A DNA stretch of 64,000 nt from an uncultured delta proteobacterium (GTDB lineage: Bacteria; Myxococcota_A; Polyangia; Polyangiales; Polyangiaceae). Where the stretch lies: contig CAVQUB010000014.1 in assembly GCA_963716725.1 (NCBI GenBank), positions 18,097 through 82,096 of the forward strand. Reading direction: 5' to 3'. Under the pieces are notes generated by a model that did not search any database, had not been told where the DNA came from, and saw only the letters and a list, made by a program, of their open reading frames with translations. Position numbers and translations under genes: made by a program. Below are positions 42,141-52,066 of this stretch, in pieces (the stretch's first letter is position 1; each line of letters begins with the position of its first letter).

Positions 42141-42622
42141 TCGGTGCGCTTGATGATGTGGAAGCCGAACTCGGTCTCGACCACGTCGGAGATTTGCCCG
42201 ACGTCCAGGCGGAAGGCCGCGTCCGCGAAGGCCTTGGTCATCGTGGAACGATCGAAGGCTCCGAGGTCGCCGCCTCGGGTCTTGGCGCTCGGATCGTCCG
42301 AGTGGTCCTTGGCAGTGGCCTCGAAGATCGCACCACCGCGGAGGCGGGTCAGAAGCTGGCCGGCCAGCGCGCGCGCGTCGTCCTTGGAGCGCGTCGCGCT
42401 CGACCGGGCGGAGCCCTGGTACGCGACCAGGACGTGGGACGCGCGCACCTTGGTCAGCGCCGCGTTGGGGTCGGTCGGCGGTGGCGCGGCGCGGGGCGCC
42501 GGGCTCACGGTGATCGCGTCGCTCGGGGGTGACTTGGACGAGCTGGACGAGCTGGACGGGGCAGTGAGATCGGCGCAGCCCGTCAGCGTCAACCACACGA
42601 GCGCGAGGCAGAGGCGAGTCAT
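42137..42622 (-). CDS. Parvulin-type peptidyl-prolyl isomerase lipoprotein
   Basis: LTGC lipobox, VRASHVLV, SDDPS…GGDLG.F, VETEFGFHIIKR. Confidence 0.9.
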   Translation of the reverse strand: MTRLCLALVWLTLTGCADLTAPSSSSSSSKSPPSDAITVSPAPRAAPPPTDPNAALTKVRASHVLVAYQGSARSSATRSKDDARALAGQLLTRLRGGAIFEATAKDHSDDPSAKTRGGDLGAFDRSTMTKAFADAAFRLDVGQISDVVETEFGFHIIKRTE

Positions 42623-42716
42623 CGCCCTGCTCCTAGGCCCACGGCCGGTGCGTTTCAACCTGGATCTCGGGGCCGCGGTCCGGGGCGGCTTGCCGAGCGG
42701 TCGAACGCCGGCAAAG

Positions 42717-43934
42717 ATGGCGATCGCCGTGCCCAAGGTCCTGCACATCGAGGATGATCCGGCCAACCGGCTCCTGGTCAGAAAGCTGCTCTCGGTGGCC
42801 GGCTTCGAGGTGGTCGATGCCCAAGACGGGCTGGAGGGCATCCGCAAGGCGGCCGCGGAGCGGCCCGACCTGGTGCTGGTGGACATCGCGATGCCGGGCC
42901 TCGACGGCTATGAGGTCACCCTCCGGCTGCGGTCGCAGCCCGAGCTCTTCGGGGTGCCGATCGTGGCAATCACGGCGGAAGGCAGTCGGGAAACCAGCCT
43001 CGCCGTGGGGTGCGACGGCTTCCTTCAGAAGCCCATCGATGGGCGAACCTTCGCGGCCACCCTGCGCGGGTATCTGGAGGGGAGGCGCGAGCACGTCACG
43101 CCCGATCAGACCGGCAAGCAGCTTCGACTCCAGAGCCAGAAGATAGCCGCGCACCTCGAGCAGAAGATCGCTGAGCTCGAGGGGGCAAACGCGCGCATGC
43201 GCGAGCTCGATCTCGCCCGCAAGGAGTTCTATCGGAACATCTCCCACGAGCTGGCGACCCCGATGACCCCCATCGTCGGCTACGTGAAACTCCTGGCCGA
43301 TCAGGAGCTGGGGCCGCTGGTGCCGGCCCAAGGCAAGGCGCTGCAGGCCATGGCCGAGTGCGTCGAGCGCCTGCGGGGGCTGATCGACAATTTGCTCGAC
43401 GTGACCGCGCTCGAGACCGGCAAGCTCAAGCTCGACTCGCGCCGCCTGGACTTTGCCGAGGTCTTCGGGCGGGCGTTGGCGGGCCGCCGAGCCGCCTTCG
43501 GACGGGCGGGGGTCGAGCTGGCCGTCGAGGTCCCCGACGCGGTGCTGGAGGGGCAGGGCGATCCCGAGCGCCTCGGGCAGGCCCTCGAACACCTGCTGGA
43601 CAACGCCATCAAGTTCACTCCCTCCGGCGGCAGCGCCGGGGTGCGGGTGCGACGACTCGTGTCCGGTCACGTCGAGGTCGTGGTGGCGGACACCGGCCCC
43701 GGCGTGCCCCGGGACACCTTCGATCGGCTCTTCGACCCGTTCTATCAAGTGGACGGTTCACCGACCCGAGCCCACGGCGGCACGGGAATTGGTCTCGCCA
43801 TCGTCAAGGGCATCGTGCGTGGACACGGCGGCGACGTGCGCGTCGTGTCGCCCGCCGACGAGCGCATCGGTGGCGTGCGGCTGGGTGGCGCAGCCTTCAC
43901 GTTGCTGGTTCCGGAACGGGCGCCGCGCGCATGA
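42717..43934 (+). CDS. Hybrid response regulator/histidine kinase
   Basis: REC domain (HIEDD, VDIAMPGLDG, QKP), SHELATPMT, LLDNAIKFT, DTGPG, GGTGIGL. Confidence 0.92.
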   Translation: MAIAVPKVLHIEDDPANRLLVRKLLSVAGFEVVDAQDGLEGIRKAAAERPDLVLVDIAMPGLDGYEVTLRLRSQPELFGVPIVAITAEGSRETSLAVGCDGFLQKPIDGRTFAATLRGYLEGRREHVTPDQTGKQLRLQSQKIAAHLEQKIAELEGANARMRELDLARKEFYRNISHELATPMTPIVGYVKLLADQELGPLVPAQGKALQAMAECVERLRGLIDNLLDVTALETGKLKLDSRRLDFAEVFGRALAGRRAAFGRAGVELAVEVPDAVLEGQGDPERLGQALEHLLDNAIKFTPSGGSAGVRVRRLVSGHVEVVVADTGPGVPRDTFDRLFDPFYQVDGSPTRAHGGTGIGLAIVKGIVRGHGGDVRVVSPADERIGGVRLGGAAFTLLVPERAPRA

Positions 43935-45046
43935 GCGCCGACCGCGTGTACCTCGATTGGAACGCAACCACGCCGCCTCATCCCGAGGTGATCGAGGTGA
44001 TGAGCGTCGCGGCGCGGGAGACCTGGGGCAACCCATCGAGCGTGCACCACGACGGGCGCTCGGCCCGGGCGATCATCGAAGCACTTCGGGAAGTCATCGC
44101 GGGTCTGGTTCAGGCCGACCCGCGGGACGTGGTGCTGACCTCGGGGGGTACCGAAGCCAACAACCTCGCGCTGTCGGGCGCCCGCGCGTTGGTCGTCAGT
44201 CGGTTGGATCACCCGTCGGTGACCCGCTCCGCCGAGGCGCTGGCGGATCGGGGCGTCCCGGTGGTGTGGCTGCCGGTCTCGAGCGCGGGCCGCGTCGATC
44301 CGGACAGCGTGGGCCGCGCGCTCGCGGGGCTGGAGGTCGGGGCGACCGCGGTCGTCACGGTGGTGAACCACGAGACCGGGGTCGTGCAGCCCCTGGACGC
44401 GATCTTCGACGTCGCGCGGGGGGCGGGGGCTCGCCTGCACGTCGACGCGGTCCAAGCGGTGGGCAAGCTGGCCCCCGAGAGCTACTCGCGCGCCGACAGC
44501 ATCGCGGTGGCTGCCCACAAGCTGCGCGGCCCCAAAGGCATTGGCGCCCTGGTGTTCCGCGGCTCCCCGGCGTTGCTGCGCCCCGTCTTGCGGGGGGGAG
44601 CCCAGGAGCGCGGCCTGCGCCCGGGAACCCAGGACCCGGTCCTCGCGGCTGGATTCCTGAGGGCGCTCGAACGCGCGGCCGATGGGCCGGCTCGCTACGA
44701 GCGGCTGGGGCTCGAGCGCGATCGCATCGAGGCCGCCCTCGGCGACCTCGCGCAACCGAACGTGACCGCGGACCGCGTGCCCCACGTGTCCAGCTTGTTC
44801 GTGCCGGGGGCTCGCGGGGACGAGCTCGTCGCGGCCCTCGACCTGGCCGGGCTCTCCGTCTCGAGCGGCAGCGCGTGCTCCGCCGGATCGAGTGAGCCCT
44901 CACCAGCGCTGAGCGCGATGCTCGGCGACGAGCGCGCGCTGGGGTCCATCCGGTTGAGCTTGGGTGACGCCACCCGCCCCGCGGAGGTCGACAGGGCGAT
45001 TTCCGTTTTGATCCGGCTGCTTTCAGCTCGTCGCGCCAACCCCTAA
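43931..45046 (+). CDS. Cysteine desulfurase (IscS/NifS family)
   Basis: YLDWNATTP, GNPSSVH, TSGGTEANN, HVDAVQ, AHKLRGPKG, SSGSACS. Confidence 0.9.
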   Translation: MSADRVYLDWNATTPPHPEVIEVMSVAARETWGNPSSVHHDGRSARAIIEALREVIAGLVQADPRDVVLTSGGTEANNLALSGARALVVSRLDHPSVTRSAEALADRGVPVVWLPVSSAGRVDPDSVGRALAGLEVGATAVVTVVNHETGVVQPLDAIFDVARGAGARLHVDAVQAVGKLAPESYSRADSIAVAAHKLRGPKGIGALVFRGSPALLRPVLRGGAQERGLRPGTQDPVLAAGFLRALERAADGPARYERLGLERDRIEAALGDLAQPNVTADRVPHVSSLFVPGARGDELVAALDLAGLSVSSGSACSAGSSEPSPALSAMLGDERALGSIRLSLGDATRPAEVDRAISVLIRLLSARRANP

Positions 45047-45246
45047 GGCAATGGATGCTCCGACCCGCTTTTTCTCAGAACGCGGGTGATCGACTCGCTC
45101 GCAACCGATCGAAATCGATCAGCTTTTCGAGGTGGACCAGCGGCCACTGGCCCATTCCATTGAATGGAAATCGAGCCCCGAAATGAGTCACGGGTGTTCA
45201 GTCCATCCCCGGCGTTGCATCCGTCGCTCGAACTGCGAGAGCGAAG

Positions 45247-45978
45247 TCACTGACTCCGTTGGCGAATTGCCTCGTAGAGGGCGATCCCGGCGGCGACAGA
45301 CGCGTTGAGCGAGTCGAGGCGCGAATCGGGAACCAGCCGGGCGAGCACCGAGCACCCGCGCCGGGTTGCTCGGCCCATGCCCTCGCCCTCGCTGCCGATC
45401 ACCAGCACCGTTGGTCCGGTCAGATCGACCGCGCTCAGCAGCTGCTCCGCGTGGGCGTCGAGCCCGACCACCTGCACCCCGGCTCCTCGGGCCTGGGTCA
45501 GGGCCCCGGGCAGCGAACGAGCCCGCGCGAGCCGAGCGTGCTCGATGGCGCCGGCGGACGCGCGGAAGGTGGCGGCGGTGAGTGGGGCCGACGAGTGCTC
45601 GCCCCAGAGCACGGCGGCCCCGGCAATGCCGGTGGCGCTGCGGATCACGGCGCCGAAGTTCTGCGGGTCCTGGATGCCGTCGAGGGCCACGGCAAGGAGC
45701 GACGGATCGGTCCAGAGGCTGTGGGGCTCGAGGATCTCGAGCGCGGGTCCGAACGCGAGCACGCCCTGGTGCTGTGCCCCTCCCGAGAGGCGATCGAGCT
45801 CGCTCCTGGCGACCCGGTCGACCCGAGCCACGCCCTGGTCGGACGCGAAGCGGACCACCGCGTCGAGCCGGGGCAGGCGGCGGTCGTCGACCAAGACGCG
45901 CTCGAGCTGCTGCCCGTGCACCCGAATCGCCTCGCGGACCGGCTGGAGCCCCGCGATCAGGCGCCGCTCAGCCGGCAC
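45247..45978 (-). CDS. rlmB: SpoU/TrmH family RNA methyltransferase (RlmB-like)
   Basis: HQGV, LDGIQDPQNFGAVIRSA, IGSEGEG, SLNASVAAGI. Confidence 0.85.
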   Translation of the reverse strand: MPAERRLIAGLQPVREAIRVHGQQLERVLVDDRRLPRLDAVVRFASDQGVARVDRVARSELDRLSGGAQHQGVLAFGPALEILEPHSLWTDPSLLAVALDGIQDPQNFGAVIRSATGIAGAAVLWGEHSSAPLTAATFRASAGAIEHARLARARSLPGALTQARGAGVQVVGLDAHAEQLLSAVDLTGPTVLVIGSEGEGMGRATRRGCSVLARLVPDSRLDSLNASVAAGIALYEAIRQRSQ

Positions 45979-46684
45979 CCTCGGCCTCGGCGATCTCGCG
46001 GCAGATGGCCCCAGCCGTGGCCAGGGGGTCGACCGCGTCGCGGATCGGGCGTCCCACCACCAGCAGGCTCGATCCGGCTCGGATCGCCGAGCCTGGCGTC
46101 CCCGTGCGTTTCTGGTCGTCGGCGCCGCCCGCCGCGGGGCGGATGCCCGGGGTGACCAGCGTCGCGCTCGGACCCATCAGTTCGCGGAGACCCGCGACCT
46201 CGTTCACCGAGCACACCAGGCCGTTGATGCCCGAGTCCTGCGCCAGGGTGGCCAGCCGTCGTGCGTGGTCGCTCGCGGCTGCGCCGATGCCCAGCTCGGC
46301 GAGGTCGCCATCGTCGAGGGAGGTGAGGACCGTGACCGCGAGCAGCGTCATCCCGCTGCCCTCGGCGCGTCGCGCGGCTTGCTCGAGCATGCGCCGCCCG
46401 CCGCCGGCGTGGACCGTGAGGTACCGCACGCCCAGCTGAACCGCCGAGGCGACCGCGCGATCGACGGTCTCGGGGATGTCGTGCAGCTTCAGATCCAAGA
46501 ATACGTCGCAACCGAGCTCGGCGCCCAAGCGGGTCGCGGCGGGACCGGCGCTCACGAAGAGCTCGAGGCCGATCTTCAACACGCCAACCGCGTCGCGCAC
46601 GCGCGCCGCGCCCGCGCTTGCCTCCCCGAGGGACGGGTAGTCGAGCGCGAAGGCGAGACGTCGCCGCGGATCGTCGGCCGTCAC
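45968..46684 (-). CDS. pyrF: Orotidine-5'-phosphate decarboxylase
   Basis: FLDLKLHDIPETV, AVTVLTS, VTPGIRP, DDQKR, VVGRPI. Confidence 0.96.
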   Translation of the reverse strand: MTADDPRRRLAFALDYPSLGEASAGAARVRDAVGVLKIGLELFVSAGPAATRLGAELGCDVFLDLKLHDIPETVDRAVASAVQLGVRYLTVHAGGGRRMLEQAARRAEGSGMTLLAVTVLTSLDDGDLAELGIGAAASDHARRLATLAQDSGINGLVCSVNEVAGLRELMGPSATLVTPGIRPAAGGADDQKRTGTPGSAIRAGSSLLVVGRPIRDAVDPLATAGAICREIAEAEGAG

Positions 46685-46694
46685 TCGAGCGAGC

Positions 46695-47450
46695 TCACAG
46701 GCAGGAGCAGAGCGGATCGCCGGGTCGGCAGTCGCAGGGCTTGCCTACCGCTGGTTTGCCCTCGCCGGCCGGCCGTCCCGGACCGAGCTTGCCACGCAAA
46801 TCTTCGGACTCTTTCTTGGCCTTGGCGAGCTGCGCTTCGATCTTCGCGCGCTCCGCTTCGTCCTTGGCGCTGTCCATCTGGCGCTTGAGCTCGGCGACCT
46901 TCTTCTCTTTTTCGTCGAACTCGCGCTTGAGTCGGTCGAGCTCTTCTTGTGCGGACCTGGCCTGGGCCTCCAGCGCGATCTTCTCGCGGGTTCGCTCGTC
47001 GGAGGACTTCTTCCAGAGCACGCCGGTCACGATCGCGACGACTACGAACACGCTGGACACGACGCCGACGATGATCTGCAGGCGCTTCTTGTGTTTGTCC
47101 TGGGAGAGGGCCGCGAGCTGCTGCTCGTGCGCCTGCTGGGAGCTCATGGCCTCCATGCGGGCACGGTGCTCGGCCTCGGAGCGAGCTTTCTCCATCTCGC
47201 CCTGGTGAATCCCGGCCACCCTCGCTTCTTCTTCGCGGCGGCGCTGCTCTTCGCCTCGACGGGCTTCTTCTTCGGCGCGGATGCGCGCGTCTTCGGCGTT
47301 GCGCGCGGCGCGCTCCGCGCTGGCGCGGGCCTCGGCCTCGGAGCGAGCGTGCGCGTCCTTCTCGGCCTCTTCCGCCTTGATGCGGTCCTCCTCGAGGCTC
47401 ATGAGCTCCTTGAGGGAGAAGAGAACCGAGCTTTCCTTCTGTTCTGCCAT
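46695..47450 (-). CDS. Coiled-coil single-pass membrane protein (TolA-like charge pattern)
   Basis: ESSVLFSLKEL N-terminus, E/A/R coil, TM segment, second coil, C-terminal CDCRPGDPLCSCL. Confidence 0.75.
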   Translation of the reverse strand: MAEQKESSVLFSLKELMSLEEDRIKAEEAEKDAHARSEAEARASAERAARNAEDARIRAEEEARRGEEQRRREEEARVAGIHQGEMEKARSEAEHRARMEAMSSQQAHEQQLAALSQDKHKKRLQIIVGVVSSVFVVVAIVTGVLWKKSSDERTREKIALEAQARSAQEELDRLKREFDEKEKKVAELKRQMDSAKDEAERAKIEAQLAKAKKESEDLRGKLGPGRPAGEGKPAVGKPCDCRPGDPLCSCL

Positions 47451-47671
47451 CGGTGGACTTTCCTGTAGCAGCGGGCGGCTGAGTTTGCGAGAGCTAGTGT
47501 GGTGCCCCGCGCCGGGCGCTTGGCTCACGGATCTTAATCCATTCGGGCTGAGTGACCCAAGCGACGGGCACAAGCTGTCGGACACTCCGGCGAGGAGGCG
47601 CTTGGGTCCGGCCCGGATGGCCCGAAATCTTCAGCCATTGTGGGTGCGGACCGGGTTACGCTCGGGCCGGA

Positions 47672-47887
47672 GTGACCGTCGAAGTCCGAGCGCCGCTCAC
47701 GGGCACCGTCTGGAGGATCGTGGTCCGGGTCGGCGACCGCGTCGACGAGGAGCAGGCCGTAGCCGTTCTCGAGTCGATGAAAATGGAAATCCCGGTCGAG
47801 GCGCCGGCCCCGGGCCGGGTCGCCGAGGTCCACGTCGCCGAGGGGGACGTCGTCGAAGAAGGCGCTCTGCTCGTCACCCTGGCATGA
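47672..47887 (+). CDS. Stand-alone biotin carboxyl carrier protein
   Basis: LESMKMEIPV biotinylation motif, 71 aa. Confidence 0.9.
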   Translation: MTVEVRAPLTGTVWRIVVRVGDRVDEEQAVAVLESMKMEIPVEAPAPGRVAEVHVAEGDVVEEGALLVTLA

Positions 47888-47906
47888 CTTCGGCGCCGCG
47901 CGAGGT

Positions 47907-48554
47907 ATGATAGCCGTCGGCATGACTCGGCAAACGGCCTTCAGGACCTTGGGAGCGGTGGTGATCCTTGGGGCGTTCTGGGCGCCCACCTCGTGCGGGG
48001 GCCCGCAGGGGCAGGCTGGTCTCGGTGGGGAGTGCTACCGCGCGGACGACTGTCAGGCCGGGCTGGTCTGCATCAACGGCGCGTGCTCGAACGACTTGAC
48101 CGGCATCGTCAACACCATCGACGGCCCGCCGGGGGACGTTGCGGCGGCCGGCGGTGCCGCGGGCGCAGACGGCGCGAGCGGCGGTGCCGCGGGCGGCGGC
48201 GGCGCACCCGGCGGCGGCGGCGCACCCGGCGGCGGCGGCGCACCCAGCGGTGGCGGCAGCGGCGGGACGACGAGCGGCGGCGGGACGACCGGCGGCGGCG
48301 GCAGCGGCGGGACGACGAGCGGCGGCGGGACGACTGGCGGCGGCGGCAGCGGCGGGACGACGAGCGGCGGCGGCAGCGGCGGGACGACGAGCGGCGGCGG
48401 GACGACTGGCGGCGGCGGCAGCGGCGCGACCGGTGGCAGCGGCGCGACCGGCGGCAGCGGCGCCACGGGCGGCAGCGGCGCCACGGGCGGCAGCGGCGCC
48501 ACGGGCGGCAGCGGCGCCACCGGCGGCGCCAGCGGTGGCAGCGGCGGAACCTGA
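47907..48554 (+). CDS. Lipoprotein with small Cys domain and long Gly/Ser/Thr tail
   Basis: PTSC lipobox, CYRADDCQAGLVCINGAC, then GGT/GGSGAT repeats. Confidence 0.7.
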   Translation: MIAVGMTRQTAFRTLGAVVILGAFWAPTSCGGPQGQAGLGGECYRADDCQAGLVCINGACSNDLTGIVNTIDGPPGDVAAAGGAAGADGASGGAAGGGGAPGGGGAPGGGGAPSGGGSGGTTSGGGTTGGGGSGGTTSGGGTTGGGGSGGTTSGGGSGGTTSGGGTTGGGGSGATGGSGATGGSGATGGSGATGGSGATGGSGATGGASGGSGGT

Positions 48555-48635
48555 AATTCCGAAGCCGGCGGCGCGCTCGGTCGAGATCAGCTCAGCGCGA
48601 GCTTGCCCGTTGGCGCGCCGTCGCGACGCCGCGCC

Positions 48636-49658
48636 TCACTCACGCCAGAAGAACTTCCACGGATTGTGCTTCAGATCTCGAAGCATCTCTTGCAGGTCGT
48701 CGTAGAGCGCCTCGTCCATCACCAACGCTCCGACGGTGCCTTTGCCGCGCTTGACGTGGGCGACCATGGCCTGGGCGTCGGACGCCGCGAGCTTGGCGCG
48801 GCCGGTGGTATCGCTCACGTCTTGCGTGATCTTCTCGTACTTGCGCAGCTGCGGGTCGCTGGCGAGGGTCCCGGTCAGCTTCTTCGCGTCCCCCAGCACG
48901 CCGCGTCCGTCCTTGAGCAGCGGGCCGACCTCTTTGTCCAGCGTGGTGGTCGTGTGTTCGACGTTGCTGATGATGCGCTGGATCTGCGGATTGTCGATGT
49001 ACCTGTCGCGCGCCGCGCGGACCGTCTCGTTGCTCTCGACCGTCAACGTCTCGACGTTGGTCACGATGTTGTCGAGCTTCTTGTGGTTGCCGGCCATGAA
49101 ATCGCCGGTGCCCTTCAGCGTGGCGTGCAAGCCGTCGAAGGTCTCGCCGATCTGTTTTTCGTTCTTGATGATGCCGTCGTAGGCGCGGTGCAGTAGCTCG
49201 TAGCTCTCGCTCAGCAATAGATCGAGGCGCGGCGGACTGATGCCATGCACGACGGCCTTGTCGGGCAGCATTGGGCGATCTTGCGAGCCCGGCTCGATGG
49301 CCAAGAACTGCTCGCCGAGCACGCCTTGAGTCGTGACGTACCAGCGCGAGTTCTCGAAGATGGCCTTCTGATAGCGCTTCTCGACGCTGGCGGCGATGCG
49401 GATGGGCGCCACGGGTTGGTTGGTCTTGGAGTCGATCTCGCCGCCGCGAAACTGCATCTCCTTGACCTTGCCGACTTTGACGCCGGCGATCTTCACCGGG
49501 GCGCCGGTCTGTAGCCCGCCGGGGTTGTCGAAATCGACGTACACCGTGTAGGTGGGCTCGAAGGACAGCCCGCCCATCACGACCACGAAGGCTCCGAGCA
49601 ACCCGAGCGCCAACAGGATCAAAACGCCGACTTTTACTTCGATCGATCGCTGGCTCAT
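48636..49658 (-). CDS. mlaD: MCE/MlaD family protein with helical extension
   Basis: IEVKVG TM segment, FDNPGGLQTGAPVKIAGVKVGKV, QGVLGEQFLAIEPG, GTVGALVMDEALY…NPW. Confidence 0.9.
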   Translation of the reverse strand: MSQRSIEVKVGVLILLALGLLGAFVVVMGGLSFEPTYTVYVDFDNPGGLQTGAPVKIAGVKVGKVKEMQFRGGEIDSKTNQPVAPIRIAASVEKRYQKAIFENSRWYVTTQGVLGEQFLAIEPGSQDRPMLPDKAVVHGISPPRLDLLLSESYELLHRAYDGIIKNEKQIGETFDGLHATLKGTGDFMAGNHKKLDNIVTNVETLTVESNETVRAARDRYIDNPQIQRIISNVEHTTTTLDKEVGPLLKDGRGVLGDAKKLTGTLASDPQLRKYEKITQDVSDTTGRAKLAASDAQAMVAHVKRGKGTVGALVMDEALYDDLQEMLRDLKHNPWKFFWRE

Positions 49659-49661
49659 GAG

Positions 49662-50406
49662 TCAGGCCTCCATCGGTCCTTCGGCGCGTCCGTTGATGAA
49701 CTGTTGGACGATGCCATCCGGCGAGCTCTTGAATTCTTCGCGGGTGCCCAACAGCTTCACCTCGCCTTTGTACAGCATCACGATGCGGTCCGCGATCGTG
49801 AAGATGCTGGCCAGATCGTGGGAGACCACGATGCTGGTCACGCCCAGCGTGTCGCTCAGCTCGCGGATCAGCCGGTCGACGCGCCGGGCGCTCACCGGGT
49901 CGAGACTGGTGGTGGGCTCGTCGAAGAGCACGTAGCGCGGCTCGAGGGTGAGCGCGCGGGCGATGGCGACGCGCTTGCGCATGCCGTCGCCGAGCTCGGC
50001 TGGGTAGCGGTCGCCGAACTCCTCCATGTGCACCTGGTTCAAGAGCCGCTGCGGCCTCGGCCAGCGCCTGCTTCGGGCCCAGGCCTTTGTGCTTGCGCAG
50101 GGGCAGGGCGACGTTCTCGGCGCAGGTCATCGAGTCGAAGAGCGTCGAGTGCTGGAACACCATCGCGCACTTCATGCGGACGGGGTACATCCTGGTCTCG
50201 TCGAAGCGGCTGACCTCTTCGCCGTCGAGCCAGATCTCCCCGCTGTCGGGGTAGAGCAGGCCGACGAGGTGCTTGATGAGCACGCTCTTGCCGACGCCGG
50301 AGGCGCCGATGATGAAGAAGACCTCGCCGTCTTGCACGTCGAAGGTCACACCTCGGAGCACGTGCTTGGGGCCGAAGGACTTCTTGACGTCTCGAAACGA
50401 GATCAT
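49662..50406 (-). CDS. mlaF: MlaF-family ABC ATPase (frameshift near 50045)
   Basis: GASGVGKS, VFQHSTLFDSM, LGDGMRKRVAIARAL, FDEPTT. Confidence 0.88.
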
Positions 50407-50409
50407 GCG

Positions 50410-51267
50410 TCAGCCGAAGATCAAGTAGCCGGCGCCGCTGATGAAGAAGTTCAGGATGATGACGGTCAGGGACGAGTTGACCACCGCGCGCGTGGTCGCC
50501 CAGCCCACGCCCTCGGAGCCGCCGAAGGTGGAGAGGCCGCAGTAGCCGCTCACCACCGGGATGGCGGCGCCGTAGGCGACGCACTTGGTGAGGCCGATGC
50601 GTCAGATCGCCGGCGTCGACCAGGCTCATGTTGAAGAACGTCCGCGGGTTGACGTCGAAGAAGGCCCAGCCCGTCCACATGCCGGTCGCGAAGGCGACGC
50701 CCGCGGCCACGACCACCAGCACCGTGGTCATGATGATGCTGGCGATGAAGCGCGGCACGATCAGGTAGTCGACGGGATCGGCGGCGCACATGCGCAGCGC
50801 GTCGACCTGCTCGGTGACGACCATCGAGCCGATTTCGGCGGCGATGCCCGCGCCGACCCGGGTCGCGAGCATCAGCGCCGAGATGCTCGCGGCCAGGTCG
50901 CGCACCAGCAGCTCGAGGAAGGTCGCGCCCAAGCAGCGACAGATCGGGGACGACGCGCTTGGCCTGCAGGCCCGCCTGGTAGACCAGGATCATGCCGATG
51001 AAGCCCATCACCACGCAGAGGAACACCAGGCTCTTGTTCCCGATCTCGTACATCTGCTGCGCGACCGCGCCCGGGCTGGCGGGCGCCACGCGCGGAGTAG
51101 TAGAGCGTCTTGACGAAGACCGAGTAGAGCTGTCCGCCGGCGCGCAGCAGATCGAGCGCTGAGCCGCCGATCCAGGCCAGGCCGGTGCGCTCGCGGATGA
51201 TCGCGTCTTCGTCGATCTGCCCGACGGCGCCTGCGGCTTGCTCGCTGGTCTCGCCCATGCCCTTCAT
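50410..51267 (-). CDS. mlaE: MlaE-family permease (several frameshifts)
   Basis: QMYEIGNKS, RVGAGIAAEIGSMVVTEQVDAL, LIVPRF, GVGWATT. Confidence 0.88.
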
Positions 51268-52066
51268 CCGATCGCGAAGGACACGATGTAGTCCAGCACG
51301 AAGATCCCGGCGGCGCTCACCACCACGGTGGAGTTGACCGCGCGGCCGACGCCGGGTGCGCCGCCCGTGGTGGCGATCCCGAAGTGGCAGCTCGCCAGCG
51401 CGATCACGATGCCGAAGATCACGCTCTTGATCAGCCCGTGGAAGACGTCTCCCAGGCCGAGCAGCCCGCTGGTGAGCCCGTTGTAAAACACCAGGGGCTC
51501 GACCCCCAGGATGCCGGCGCCGGCGTAGGCGGCGCCGAGCAGCGCGAGCGCGTCGGCGAAGATCGTCGATAGGAACAGGGTCGCGACGATCGCGATGAAG
51601 CGCGGCACGATCAGGAAGGAGATGGGATCGATGGCGAGGGCGCGCAGCGCGTCGATCTGCTCGGTGACGACCATGGTGCCGAGCTCGGCGGTGTTGTTGG
51701 CCCCGACGCGTCCCGAGATCATCAGCGCGGTGAGCAGCGGGCCCAATCTCGCGCAAGGTGCCGAAGCCGGCGCCCCAGCCGAGCAGGCCGTGGGCGCCGT
51801 AGCGCTCCACGAACGGCGCCGCCTGGATCACCATGATGCCGCCGGTGAAGAGCGCGGTGACCACCACGATGGGCACGCGACTTGACGCCCATCTTGTACA
51901 TGTTCTTCAAGAGCTCGCTCTTGTCGAAGGAGAGTCGGAAAAGGCGCGACGCGATGCGCCCGAACATCACTCCCATTCCGCCCACGACCTCGCTGGTGGT
52001 GAGGAAGAACGCGCCGATCGCGGCGAAGGGCATGAGCGCGCGGGAGGTCACGGGGCCGGCCATCAT
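51264..52066 (-). CDS. mlaE: MlaE-family permease (frameshifts near 51745 and 51880)
   Basis: [43 protein letters not shown]. Confidence 0.88.

Noticed and set aside
45047..45246. ncRNA between the cysteine desulfurase and rlmB-like genes
   Set aside because: Only short palindromes (gatcgaaatcgatc, ccattc-catt-gaatgg) between convergent genes; no tRNA or known RNA signature recognised.
48140..48550. Gly-rich tandem repeats here and at about 17695, 19420, 40160, 56630 and 57900 as non-coding arrays
   Set aside because: Unit lengths are multiples of three and in frame within exported proteins; these are low-complexity linkers.
11690..52066. Pseudogene or programmed-frameshift calls for ileS, leuS, the helicase, mla genes and others
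   Set aside because: Indels hit essential genes and cluster in stretches (about 27700-29550 and 50000-51900), which is typical of uncorrected long-read assembly errors.
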